In this document: positions 39,001 through 51,679 of the stretch, in pieces
How the letters are laid out: each line of letters begins with the position of its first letter
Position numbering within the stretch: position 1 is the first letter of the stretch
DNA from: Gordius albopunctatus
Lineage: Eukaryota
NCBI GenBank assembly: GCA_964276515.1
Contig: OZ193910.1
Coordinates: forward strand, 1,860,001-1,924,000
Length of the DNA stretch: 64,000 nt
Reading direction: 5' to 3'
Made by a program: the position numbers and the translations under genes
Notes under the pieces: generated by a model
What the model was told of the DNA's origin: nothing
The model's database searches: none
What the model saw: the letters and a program-made list of their open reading frames with translations, nothing else

Positions 39001-40056
39001 GCCAGCGTTACGATACTCCCCCCGCATTTCCTTGAAATTGTGATAACTGTTTACATGGGCGTGACTAGTGTTCGATTATTTTAAAATTTTACCCTTAATT
39101 ATATTAAATTTTGAAGGCTTTTTGAACAAAATAAATTCTTAGATAAATACAATCATCGTTTAGATTTTATTCATGAGCACTTTGGCAAAGAGAAATTAAA
39201 GCTTGAGCTTAATAATAATTCGTGATTTTGGTGTTTTTTATTTATATCTATCACTGATATAAAGATTCAATTAATAACGAACCCAGGTCGTGCCTATGAA
39301 CCAAGCTCAAGCTATGTATGAGAAACTGAAGGCCAAAGGAGTGCCCACTGCCCTGGTTTTGTTCGAAGGTTAGACCCGGAGACCGATTCAATTTATATTA
39401 TCTTAACCAACATCTGTTATTGTTGCCATGGCTACTGTTGTAAAAACGGTCTTTGCGACCCTCGAAGGCGGGGCCATGTCGCAAAACTCGGCGCGCATGC
39501 GCTCAAGTTCACGCCCACTTCTAGAACACCTGGCACTACCCTCAGAGAGTCCGACCCCACCAGTCAACTAAAAGCAAACGTCGACCAGTCAAAACCCAAC
39601 CCTTTTTACAACATTAGCCATTATAGTGGCCCCCCTTAATTATGATTTTCTTGGCGCAAACTTGCTTTTAAATCTTTAAAAATCATAAATTACTGATCAA
39701 CCCCCTCTGTTTTTCCATATAAAAATGTATTTAAAAGAGGGTAGTGGATTTTTGGTTAGATTTACATTTATTATATCGATATTTTAAACGATATTCAATT
39801 ATGAATAATATATATTTCTAGTCTGCGGTTTAAATATTTTTAAGCTTATTGAGTAATGAATGGGTATTGCTTTTTAAATTTATTCTTATTTTATGCCCGT
39901 TCCTTAATTGCAGGAGAGGGCCATGGTTTCCGAGCTGCAAAGAATATCAAGACGGCGCTGGACGGCGAAATTTATTTTTTTGCTAAAATATTCGGTTTCG
40001 AACCAGACATACCAGTCGAAATAAGTGAACAGGTTATTTTTTTGAAATCTTTTTAA
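33074..40056 (+). CDS. S9-family serine peptidase (acylaminoacyl/dipeptidyl aminopeptidase-like), copy 1. Exons approx. 33074-33191, 33251-33349, 33391-33578, 33615-33809, 34321-34588, 35059-35191, 35236-35433, 36240-36362, 36973-37169, 37877-38036, 38645-38835, 39287-39368, 39914-40056 (start and last exon boundary uncertain)
   Basis: Spliced frame is open: [51 protein letters not shown], nucleophile GGSAGG, acid HGTEDKVVP, histidine GEGHGFR; GT-AG introns in compatible phases. Confidence 0.92.
33910..34236. mobile_element. Tc1/mariner(pogo)-type MITE in peptidase intron 4 (unit-2 copy 52516-52846)
   Basis: TA|CAGTCAAAAC...GTTTTGACTG|TA. Confidence 0.85.
35810..36045 (-). mobile_element. 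RTE-like LINE 3' fragment in a peptidase intron
   Basis: GAGGTCGTCCTCTTCCTCT core shared with 26001-26020; [11 protein letters not shown] translation. Confidence 0.55.
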
Positions 40057-40791
40057 TTTATCATATTTTACATAAGAAAGATTATTTAAATAAAAAATTG
40101 AATTTAAATTCCAATGCTACTACGACGCCATATAAGGATTTTTAATTTATGTTGGTCCTTTATCGTATTTTCCAATGCAATTTGCCAAAAAACTAATTCT
40201 CGGTAATGTAATTTAAATATTAAGTAGAAAAGGAATATTTTTGCACAAATTTAAAATCGTTCTGCGGTTAATTAATAACACCATGAACCATACGCGCTTA
40301 TGCGTTTCTAATTTAAATGCCTTAATTTATCCATCAGAATCTTTTTTACACATTTTGAAAAAAATTTAAATAATACAATCTATTTACACTTTTTCATACA
40401 CGTTTTTACGAATCATTATAAAATTGTATGCTAAAATTACTGATAGGAAATTTAAATTTTTGAGGTATTTATGTTTTTCCACGTTCCTTCTCCCTCCGTG
40501 TAAGAGATTAGATTGAAGAGGTTGGGGAGCTCTTAGATTTTGCAAATATGTCTACCTCAGTAAAGTGCCAACAAGCATTTGCGTGCCTATGGTATGATTG
40601 CTACGCCCACGGGTCTTTTACATTCAGTAGAGCTTAGGCCTGTGGGTTTTAGTGAGTTGGGAAAGCCGGCTTTTTATAATGTTTGCCCCAAAATTTTGCT
40701 AATCATGTTATGCCAGGGTTGATGTATTAGTAGTGTAGGAAGAGCTGAGCGCTTACCAAAACGGGTTGGCGAAGGTCCCAATGGAAGGGAT

Positions 40792-40928
40792 TAGTGCTGC
40801 AAAAACGGCTGGATTTTGCCTGGTCCACCTTTGGTTTTAGTCGACTAAACACAAAGAGACCAAAGAATTTTGGGTCAAGTCGACTTTAAGACTTGTCGAA
40901 TCTCGAAAAAGCCGTTTTCACAACACTA
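40792..40928. mobile_element. TAGTGCTG hAT-type MITE inside the CRE relic
   Basis: TAGTGCTG...CAACACTA, perfect 8-bp TSD gaagggat. Confidence 0.85.
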
Positions 40929-42110
40929 GAAGGGATACACAATGTCACAACGTTCCTCTTCCGACAGATATACCTGGTATTGACTTGGAAGGAGCTCGAA
41001 TTGCCCCCGACGGACGCCCAATCGAAATGAAGATTTCCCAAAGATAGGTTGTTCGAAGAGAGGCAAGCTACGGAACGTGCTATAATTAATAACTCCCTTT
41101 CCTTTTGGGTGTTCCTGGTGGATAAGGACTCTAGCTTGGGTCGTCCCATGCAAAGGGCACTACGAGGTGCGGGTCTGGCATGTGAAAAAGATGCTTAATT
41201 AGGTGGTCCGTTGATGAGCGGGACGTAATGAAACCTGCAAGTGATGGGGTGTATTTCGATGCCTCCACTCTTGAAGAGTATGGTGGTTTGAAGCCATTGA
41301 ATTAGGCAAAATTTTAGGTTAAAGCGGCGTCCGCGTACCAATAAAATTTTCTTTCCAACGGCGTAGCGTAAGTTTATGTGCAGAGAATCGTAGTTAATTT
41401 AAGGTATTGAAAGCACCTTTTTTAAGAAACAAACGTTCCAGGGCATGACTTATGGGGTCGATTGAGTTGGAAAAATTCTCTAGCAAAGATTTGAAGGATT
41501 TGGCCACTCCTATAGGAAGGAGCACCTAAATACTGAAAACTGTCTCTGCTAATGAATGGGAACGGGAGGGAGTCGATTGTGGCTGGGATCGTTTGTGAAA
41601 ATCTTATATTTGGCTGCGTTGCGGCTTATTGATATTGATCATCTCTGAGATTTTCGGGACTGCATCGGCTCGGCCTGCCAAAAATCAATCACCGTGGTAC
41701 CAAAAGTTGCAGGAAAGGGGTACAAGAGAGGAGAGTTTACGCCGATGTAGGAATAGCCATACGTAAGGTAGGAACCCTCGGGATTGTCTAGTTGGATACG
41801 TTGAAATGGAATGTGGAAATGTAGGGTTGTCATAACTATAATGTGAACTGATGGAATTCAGTTTTACCATCATGACAATTGGATAGGTAGATTCGAGAAA
41901 AGTTGGAGTATTCCCGCCAAAATCAAGTTGGTTTTAGGGGTATTTTACGAGAAGTGATTATTTTTAAGCCTAAGCGTCGAAGGACTCATTTAACAATGGT
42001 GGCTTTGGAACATGGGACCGTTAAGTTGAGGTTTTGGGAGTATATTGGTCGGGTATCGTCGAGATTTTCGATAGAGCCGTCTTTAAAAAACAGAGCTTCA
42101 CTTCCTGTAG

Positions 42111-42260
42111 CATGGGCGGCCAAGGGGGGGGGGTAGGGAGGAGTCGCTGCCCCCTTCTAAATCCAAAAATTGTTAAAACTTATTTAAATATGGCTAAAAT
42201 TTCAAAAAGAAGATCATTTTGCCCCCACTCCCTTTAATCCCAATGCTGGCTACGCTTAAA
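42111..42260. mobile_element. CATGGGCGTAGCC-family MITE inside the CRE relic
   Basis: Perfect 8-bp TSD tcctgtag. Confidence 0.85.
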
Positions 42261-42899
42261 TCCTGTAGGGTGAAGTTTATGAGGGAGATGTTGGGAAAGT
42301 TTAGAGGTCGGGTTGATATAGATAACCTTCTGGATGCTTAGGTTGGATGAGTTCAAAGGTGACATTGTTGATTGTACTAGAGAGTCAGCCGATTCTATTT
42401 TTACCTGAGTGTCAAACTAATTTTCATGTTGTTGATTTTGTTGGCAATCATTAACTTTTTTGTTTAGTGTGCTACGGTCGTGGTCGGGCTTTATAAGTTG
42501 GTAGGGGGCTTGGGGAGAACAAATTTGCAATTTATGCTTTGTAAATTAGATGCGGATGTCAAGTGTGTGAAAACTTAGGATAAAAAGGCATTCCCAGTCC
42601 TCATGATCAATAGATTTGTAAGTGATTAAGAAGGTACTAAAAATCTCGCCACCTTCTAAGGACAATATCAGTCTTTTGGAGAGATACTATTTCATTAGTA
42701 AAAGATGTATAGTACCTTGAAAAAAGCTGTTAGTCGATATTGTTGTTATACCTGTGAGGAAAGAGTTGGAATCGTTATCACTATTGCGAGATGGACAATT
42801 TGTAATAAATAGGCACGTCAAGTAGGGGAAATATATAGAAGCATGAGGATAAAAAATAGGGTTTTCATGGAGCATATCAGTTTCATAGGATAAGTAAGA

Positions 42900-43780
42900 T
42901 TAACTTGATGCTTCCATAAGTCATTGAGCCCCTAACTCCCCACCACCCATTCACTAAGGCCTCACGCTTCTCTCCGGTTTTTCTTAGCATAAACCTTCGT
43001 GGCGGAATCTAAAAGAAGATTACGTTGCTAATTGAACGGCTTCACCTAAAATTTACCCACTTCAATGGCTCCAAGACACCGTTCGCTCCAAGTGTGGTGA
43101 TATCGGCATCCAGCCTCCACCCCCCCCTTATTTAATATTAGTAGCAGATTACATCTGATCCTGGGTATCAACGGGCTGCCTAATCAAGCAACTAACCTGC
43201 AAACCAAACCCTTACCTCGACAACGCACATGATGCTTACGACGACCCCAAGCTAGAGTTCTTAACTATCCATCTGGAACCACCCAAAAGTAATGGAATTA
43301 CAACAACTGATCTTTGGAAAGTCTTCCGTTTTAATTGGGCGTCCGCCGGGGATACTTGTCGGGCGAGGAACTTACATTGTGCCTCCCTTCAATTGCGACG
43401 TCTATCGCCAATCCGTTTAGTAAACGATCTTCATTCCCTAGAACACCAATACAGCAAAGTACTGTATCTGTCAAACCAAGATCAAGAAAATCATCGGGTA
43501 ATTTCGAACTTATAGGCTTAAAGCTTAATGGATGGCAATAGACCCAAGGCCTTACAATCATACCATGGGCTCGTGGTCTAAGTGCTTGATAGAAATTTAC
43601 TGCGGTAGAAATGTTTGCTGAATTTTACAGCTCCCCCGACCTTTCTCTCCTACGGGCAGAAGGAAAGTGTAAAAATATAATTACCTCAACAATTTAATTT
43701 GATCCCAGTAGCAGCCAAGCCCTCGGTAACTAAAGACCCGAGGATCGATTACGTAAACAAAACGACCCCTAAGAATTTTT
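42900..43780 (+). mobile_element. Second, diverged CRE-clade LINE 3' fragment in the opposite orientation
   Basis: Colinear with the reverse complement of ~40480-41430 (QWLQDT, IFGKSS, GLTIIPWARG, AE..K.KKYNYL). Confidence 0.65.
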
Positions 43781-44515
43781 TAAGTCTTAAATTTGGAATA
43801 ATCTATAAATGATTTATTTTAATTTGTGAATTTAGATCAAGATAGATAATTTAATAGAAAATGGTAGCGATCATAGGTCCGAAGACGTACTATAAAGATG
43901 TGTCCATTATCATCATAATAAAGAGCATGACATTAAAAATTTATATATTCCTATCGGCAATAAAATTGGGAAAATAAAAAAGGTGAATTTTGTATAAAAT
44001 GTGTATATGAAAAGGAAATGGTATTAAAAAGTAGCCCTGGGGCTCGTAGGCTTTTTGATGTCAGGGCAAGTGTCTTCACAGTTGCTGGTACATAAATCGC
44101 AAACCGATTTGATTTTCTCCGTAACCGCGTCGAGAAATTTAACGATCGCCATTTCTATGCCAAAAAAATTAAATTTAGGTTACACATTTTTTATAATGGA
44201 CTTTGGGATTCCATCTCGTTATTTGACTTAATACCTTTATAATTTATCAAAATTTCTTCACTATGTTTGGAAATGAAGTGCAATAGAATACACAGTATAG
44301 TACTTATGCGATTTTTACTAGCACATCGCTCTCTTCCTCCTTCACTTACTCTTTTCACCCCTCCCCCCCTTTTCTTTCGCATCCATTCGCCACGCCTCCC
44401 TATCTAGCTAGACAAGCGCACAAAAAGGAGGTGGTAGTTGAGGATTTGAAAGCCTAAGTATGGATTCTGTTTTCCTAGACTTAATCGGAGAAATTTTAAT
44501 GGTGGGGTCTAGATT

Positions 44516-44885
44516 AAAAAATGATCTATAGGATTATATTAATATTTAAAATAATTGAAAATTGCATAGGAGCCTAGCTTTATAAAACGTTTATTTTTGG
44601 CACCTTTATCCTCATTTATCATATTATGTTATATCGGAAATATCAATTCAATTGTGGATTCCCTTGAAATTTTGCTTGAATTTGATTCAAAAAAGTAGCT
44701 AAAAAATGATCTATAGGATTATTTTAATATTTAAAATAATTGAAAATTGCATAGGAGCCTAGCTTTATAAAACGTTTATTTTTGGCACCTTTATCCTCAT
44801 TTATCATATTATGTTATATCGGAAATATCAATTCAATTGTGGATTCCCTTGAAATTTTGCTTGAATTTGATTCAAAAAAGTAGCT
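44516..44885 (+). repeat. Direct tandem repeat, 2 x 185 bp (unit-2 copy ~63072-63441)
   Basis: AAAAAATGATCTATAGGATT...TTCAAAAAAGTAGCT twice, one mismatch seen. Confidence 0.9.
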
Positions 44886-45145
44886 AAATAAGTTTGGCCT
44901 ATAGGGACAAATGTTTTGTTTTTAAGCCGATTCCTAATTTATCTATTTTAGAGATTTTTCTTTTTATCGAGTATTAGGTCCCACTCATCCTGATCTATTA
45001 GGGCCATATTGGGATTATCTTCCTAGTTTTCATAACTTTGTCTATTTGCCTTTTCCAGGTAACACGAGGTCGTCCTGTCACCTCCATGTCGAATACTTTT
45101 CCTTTTAAATATTTCGCCCCTCCTCTTTTATTTAAATAGCTCCGC

Positions 45146-45733
45146 CAAATCTCCTAAATTAATGCAAAAAAATTTGCCCAGAGTTTTTTTTAAATATTAT
45201 ATCATCGCTGGCAAACAATCATAGGTCACACAATTTTAATTGATAAATAAAAAATTATTTAAATTAGTGTTACTTACTTTTAGAATTAAAATTTTTATTT
45301 GAAGCAAAAAAAGAATGGTCGCGAATTCGTTATGTATTATAAAAATAAGTAGGAATCAAAAAGGCTGAACGAAATTATATTTGTTACAAAAAATTAATGA
45401 ATTAGAAACACTTATATGCGCATACATTGTGTGAAAATGGCATGACGCCTGTTTTAAGGTATTGCGAACAATGAAATGGCTACATAAATATAAATAATTC
45501 AATCCTCCATAAACGTAGCTAGGGATCTGACAGAAATGGAGTGGGCCAAAGATTTAACATGGGGGATGGCAGCATTCGCGAACGCGATATACAATCTAAT
45601 AAAAAGGTAAGAAGATAATTTACTAGGATTTATGCCCGAATTGCCCAAATCCTATCAGCGTGCCCCCCCCCCCGGGCCTGCCCGAAAATTAAAATTTAAG
45701 ACAGTTGCCCGGCCCGGGCATTTCTGGTCTCTG
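45146..45733. mobile_element. Right half only of the CAGAG hAT element
   Basis: Matches 26540-27127, ends GGTCTCTG|ataccaat; left TIR absent. Confidence 0.8.
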
Positions 45734-48270
45734 ATACCAATATAATATTAGCTGATTTTCGTTAATCAAGTCCGCTATCTCATATGATTACAATAAAGCT
45801 TAGTGAAACTTTAAAATTGTATATATGTTAATTATCTCATTTAAAATGGTTAAGAAACTTCAAATTTATATAACAAAACAATTTTATTTTCACTAATTTT
45901 AATTAAAAACATTTTTGACAATTAGAACAACGGATTTTATTTAGCGTAGAAAAGAGGATTTGAGGCCTCCATATGTCACATATTGATTGTAAACTATTTT
46001 TATTTTCAGTTTACAACTATAACCCCTTATAAAATTTTTTTATAATAATTTGTCGGGCATAGAATGTAAGGAGGAATATTTTTTAGTTTTCATTCTTGCT
46101 AAGATGCCGAAGCTTTTGTAACGTATTATTTAAGGTGTATTTAACAGCAATTAACTGTAGTCATAACTATTCAGTTCGTAAATTTTCAAATCTTTTAAAA
46201 CTAAGTTTTTCCATGTAAGAACAACCTTTGCGCATATAGACGCTAATAGGAGACCGAAATATTAAAAAATATTTCTAGCATAATAATGCCTAAACAACAA
46301 TCCTGAACATTAAGTTATCATCACTACATAAAATGTAAGAGATTTGCAGATATTTTCTGAGAAGTTAAAATAGACTTGAATACAAATCACATAATAAGGT
46401 AAAAACTTCTTAGTCGCAAATCGGATTATCGCAAAAATCTTTTAATCGCGAAGTTAACTGCCGTTTTGTTTTTTTAACGATAATATTAACAAAAACATTG
46501 TTTATTGACAAATCGCTTAATAGTACAATATCGGATATTCACAAACATTTTCGAGTCCTTAAATCAACCAGATAATTATATAAAATATCATTTTATTGCG
46601 AAGCGTAAGAAATGAATATTTAATATAAAGTACATATACTTTTCCCCCATCGTTTAATCGCGAAATATCGGTTAATCGCGAATTTTTTTCAGGCCCAAGG
46701 CTTTGCAATTAAACGGTTTTGACTGCAGTTTCAAATTATGCCTTGACCGTTTTTATCACAACCTAAACATTAGTGTTGTAAAATCGACTGGTTCTCATTT
46801 GATCGAACTTTGGTTCAATTAAGAAGACTAATGATCGATTCTGGTCTGTTTTTCAAATTTCGACTAAGCCTAGAGGTCAACATAGAAAGACAGACCAAAA
46901 ACCTAAACTCAGTCGTTTTAACGTCACTGCTAAGCATTTCTCTACCTTAATATGATATATTTTATATTTTCTTGATTTAAAGTGAATATTTCAATATCCA
47001 CCAAGGTCTGAAACCAAAACGCACTAAATCATATTTAAATAGCTTAAAAGGGCGAATGGCACTCAGATCTTTGATATCCCTCAACCTAATTTAGAGATAT
47101 CTATAATTTCTCAGAGGTTGTTAGCAAGGGTAAATTTATATCAAAGAAGAGAGAAAAGAGAGTAAAGATCATTGGATAGATAGGCTTTGTATATGTTTGA
47201 TGATAAGTAAAAACGATTTATGAGAAAAATAAGTTTAACAAATTGGATATAAACGAAATAATATTTTAGGCGTGGGAACTAATTTAGCTGTAGCAAGGCG
47301 TCAATTTACTGCACTTCTATACTTGGTAAAAAGCGATGAGGCAAACGGAAAGCCTGAAAGCTAAAAACATATTTTAAAATAAGCGTGAAAAGATCGATAA
47401 TATATATACTATTATTATGTGTCGTTATATCATCTGCGGAATCATAGTATACGTATCAAAGCCTAGAAAATTAAGATGGAGTATTATATTGTCTTTTGGG
47501 ATATTAAGAGAGATATGGCAGGGCTAGAGAAGGATTGAAAAAACAGCTTAAGCTTATAAGACATAAATTAAATCTTATTTAAAGAAACAAAAAACGACGA
47601 CGCAAGCATATAATTTATCAAAATGTGAATTTAAAATTATCCGACATTGACCTTTGACATAATTAGCAATCTGAATTTTACTATGATCGTGTTTAAATCT
47701 TGGGCAATTTTAAGAACAGATTAGTTTTATCTTTATTTCTGTCACTTATAGAGATCAAATATTCTTGTCGCATCTAAAATATTTTGAGTAAGACTGTTTC
47801 AGAAAGGTGCTTCTTAGATTATTTTGCATAACCATAAAATTTGTTTCAATCGTCAATTTAAGATCAAAAATTGAAAGATTTAAAAATATAACCTATAAAC
47901 CATCTGTCAGAGTAATTTATCGCTTTTAATTATAATACATTTATTAAACGTTCCGTAGATCATATGTTTGTCGCCATATATACATATTGTATTTCTCTTA
48001 GGTTTTATTATCTTCAAAAAGAATAAAGAAATTACCAATAAATTTGGTAATTATGGTAACTAGTGCCCTTGTGGGCAATAATGTAAGACCTATTTTTAAA
48101 ATATTAAAGACACCTTACGATTTTCAATAAGAGAATCCAAAAACTTATTTCAAAAAAATTTAAACCAAGTAACTAGAATTTTACTTTATAATTTTATAAA
48201 TTATTCAAATAAAAATTACACGTGTCCATATATTAGCAATACAACCAACAATAGTAAAACAGTTAGTTAA

Positions 48271-50326
48271 TATGACTTCTCCCCCATTAATAGTTAAATT
48301 CCTCACAAAAGCTTTGGAGCAGGCTGAAGTTCCGTTTTGTTCTCATTACGGTTCGTTAGAAATTTGATCTTTGTTTTGTATTCCACAATTTGGCTTTGAC
48401 ATTCGATTTTTGTTGTTGTAACACTCCTCCGACCGCATAATTGGAAGCATCACTCGTAATGGACTGCGTGCTACCTTCGTCTAAATGAGAAAGGCTGGTT
48501 ATTTGCTTAAGAGCTTGTTTTGACCGGCTGAAAGATTCTACGGCTTAAGGGGTTAAAATGATAGGTCTCTTTGAATCGTCTAGTAGGTCGGTTAGGGGTT
48601 TAAGAATTTCTGCGCACATAGGAATGAAACGACGATAGAAATTTATCATTCCTATAAAACGTCTAAGTTGTGTCATTGTGGTGGGAATTGAGAATTTTTT
48701 AATTGCGTCAAATTTTTCAGGTATCGGTTTAAGACCTTTGGACGTTACTGTATGCCCTAAAAAATCAACTTCCTTGACTCCCCGCTGACATTTCCCTAGA
48801 TTGACGCTAATACCATTTTCGAAAAGTCTTTCAATAACTTGTTCGACGTGTACCTTATGTTCTTGAAGATAGGAACTGGCTATTAGAATATCATCTAAAT
48901 AGACAAAAGTGTTGTCTAGCCCTTTAAGGACTTGGTCTATGAATCTTTGGAAAGTTTGCGCCGCATTTCTTAAACCAAAAGGCATGCGTATGAATTCAAA
49001 TAGACCGAAAGGTGTTGTAATTGCCGTTTTTGGGATGTCTCCTGGTGCCATCGGAATTTGGTGATAGGCACGTACTAAATCCAGTTTAGTAAATATATTC
49101 TTGCCCGCTAAAGACAGAGAGAAGTCGTGTAGATGTGGAAGAGGATAACGATAGGGTATTGTATTAATATTGAGTGCCCGATAATCTCCGCACGGTCTCC
49201 AGTCTTGTTTGTTTTTCTTTGGGGCCATATGTAACGGTGATGCCCAGCAGCTCTTTAACCTTCTGATGATGCCTAAATCTATCATATGCATGAATTCGTC
49301 CTTGGCATTCTTCAGTTTCTCTGTATTCAAGCGTCTGGGTTTCGCAAATACGGTTGGACCTTTGGTTTCTATGTGGTGTTGGGTATCGTGCTTTATAGCC
49401 GGGCTATCGATAGTAGGTTTGAAAATGGCCGGAAATTTTTTAAATAAGTTGGTAAATTCCGGAGGATGTATTATAGCCAGCTGTGAATTTAAAGCATCTG
49501 ATGCCGGTTTTTCGTAAACGGATATTTTTTGTGCATCTATCAATTGTTTCCTCTTGACATCAACTATTAAGTTAAAATTGTTTAAAAAATCCGCACCTAA
49601 TATTGAAAATTTAACCTCGGCAATTGTAAAAGCCCATTGATATCGTTTTTTAAGTCCCAAATCTAAAATTAGCAACTTTTGTCCTAATATTTTTATGGTA
49701 CTTGAATTAGCTGCCTGTAGTTGGATGTGGGGTGGTTGTAAATGGTCTTTCTTTTGCGCAGGTATAACACTTAACTCCGCCCCAGTATCGACCAAAAAGT
49801 GTAGAGATGATGTTTTGTCGTATATAAAAAATAAGCGACTTGGTTTGATAAGGCCGGTGCCAGTTGTCGCTTGGCCTGGATTTTGGGTCTTTGGGTATAA
49901 AAGCACACGGTGCAATACATTTGGTTGCTTTTTCGCCATATTCACTGTGATACCAGCAAAAATTAGATCCGGTTGATGAACTAGGTGTGCGTGTTGATCG
50001 TGACTGAGATCGGTGTCTGGAAGCTGATCGGATTTTGTTAATGTCTTTTTTTAATCCTTCCACTGAGACACTCAGTTTTCTTACTAGTTCTTTCAATTCA
50101 ACTATTTCACAATCTACATTTTGTTTGGCAGAGTTGATAACCGGACTTACATGGTAAGTTGCGGCAATCTTATCGGCTGTTTTGGCTCATTTCGTCGATG
50201 ATTGGTCTGTGGCAAATATTGCTAATATTCCAGTCATTGACGATGGTAATTTATCCATCCATAATTGTTTAATGATGTTGCGTTATCGTTTGTGGGGTCA
50301 CTAGAAATGTAGCGTCACTAGCCCCT
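48271..50326 (-). mobile_element. CsRn1-like Gypsy element, unit-2 copy (pol ORF 48545-49945)
   Basis: Translation identical to the 29939-31339 ORF. Confidence 0.85.
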
Positions 50327-50735
50327 GTAAATAAAATACAAAATTATGCAAGTGTAAGATTGATACACTAATTACTAAATAGGGGTAAAAACAAGGGTAA
50401 AATATAAGGCTATCCACATTTATTAATACTGAAAGTAAAAAATTACAAGAGAATAATTCTATATGAATTAACGTGTATATATGCACCATTTAAGGTTAGA
50501 TTAATATGCATAATGTATAAATATTTTCATATATTCAAATTGATATAATGTATTTTCATTATGTAATTACGTGGGTGAATAATAACTTACGTAAATTTGT
50601 GTATTCAAATTATAACGATTTGAGCGGCGCCATATTTTCAAATTGAGATAAAGTATTTACATTGTGTAATTACGCGGGTGAATAATAATTCACGTAAATT
50701 ATGTGTATTTAAATTATGGCAATTTGAAAGGCGCC

Positions 50736-51236
50736 ATAAGACTCTTTTTTGTAGTTGATTACTATCTTTTCTTTTCAATGTATCACCAACTAGTATATTA
50801 TAAAAATATGGCCCTTGCCGAGCTTTCATCCTACCTTTGTGCCATCCAGGACCTATCTCATTCTTAACTTTTACATGGTCATTTGTATTAAATTTCCTCC
50901 CTGTCTATTTCGATAATGAAGTAGTTTACGTTTTTAATATACTCCATTTTATCCCTTACGACCGGTCCTAAAAGATCAAAAATTATTTTAATCGCCTCCT
51001 CAACACTAATTTTGTCGGAGCCTTTCCCGCCGTTGAATGCGGAATTCTAATTGATATCTTTTTTGGTTAGGTCTGTAGGGCTTATTAATATCCGCTTTTT
51101 AGTGTAAGTACATCTCGTTCAACTAATCCTTTTGGTTTCGTATAGTATGGGGAGGTTCTAATATGAGCAATGGCGTTTGCTTTAAAATTCCTTTAAATTC
51201 GCCGGATACAAAACGCCTCCCATGGTATTTGGATGT
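50736..51236 (-). pseudogene. Mag-like integrase remnant, unit-2 copy
   Basis: Duplicate of 32130-32630. Confidence 0.7.
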
Positions 51237-51679
51237 TGGCTGTATTAGGAGGCGTAGCGATCGCGCTATATATATGTTTTATTGGTAAGATTATTCAATG
51301 AAAATTATATGTACTCGTACAATACAAACACCATGTATACATATAGATAAGAGTTACATATGATAAAAAATAGTTAGTTTCTACACTAAAAATTGCCACA
51401 TATCTAGAATGTGAGTAAAATGCTAGCATTTTACTCTATGTTATTATATGAATCTGATTTGCTTATTATCTATTACCACATTTTGTAGAAAGATCAATCC
51501 AACTAATTCTATTAAAAATGTCTACATTCGGTTGTTTTACAATTATAATTAAGGCTACACATATTAGTCACGCGGTGATGCTTCTACTTAATCCTTCAAG
51601 GTATGCATCTATCCATCATATGATCTATAAATTATTCAAATTTGTAACACGCGCTGTAAAATTTTCTACGAATTTAAAC

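Larger units (their letters stand above)
40440..42900 (-). mobile_element. Degraded CRE-clade non-LTR retrotransposon (RT plus C-terminal restriction-like endonuclease), interrupted by two MITEs
   Basis: Remnants in order: FKDGSIENLDDTRPI, SPLLY, YLGAP, QWLQTTILFKSGGIEI, WHNMI..L..AGFP, PTGLSST..KRP(D/V)GVAIIP; many stops and frameshifts. Confidence 0.7.
26540..45145 (+). repeat. Tandem segmental duplication, unit 1 (18,606 bp)
   Basis: CAAATCTCCTAAATTAATGC at 26540, 45146 and 63702; the ORF track repeats with an offset of ~18.6 kb. Confidence 0.95.

Noticed and set aside
33074..40056. Recent horizontal transfer of the bacterial-looking S9 peptidase
   Set aside because: It has 12 spliceosomal introns and host-like composition, and this subfamily also occurs in other eukaryotes; a phylogeny would be needed
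42975..43010. FLSINLRG as an APE endonuclease start (5'-inverted L1)
   Set aside because: It aligns instead to the post-RT region of the neighbouring CRE relic
43850..44200. piggyBac-like cysteine-rich C-terminal remnant
   Set aside because: Only a weak C..C..YH pattern; no TTAA-flanked TIR pair identified
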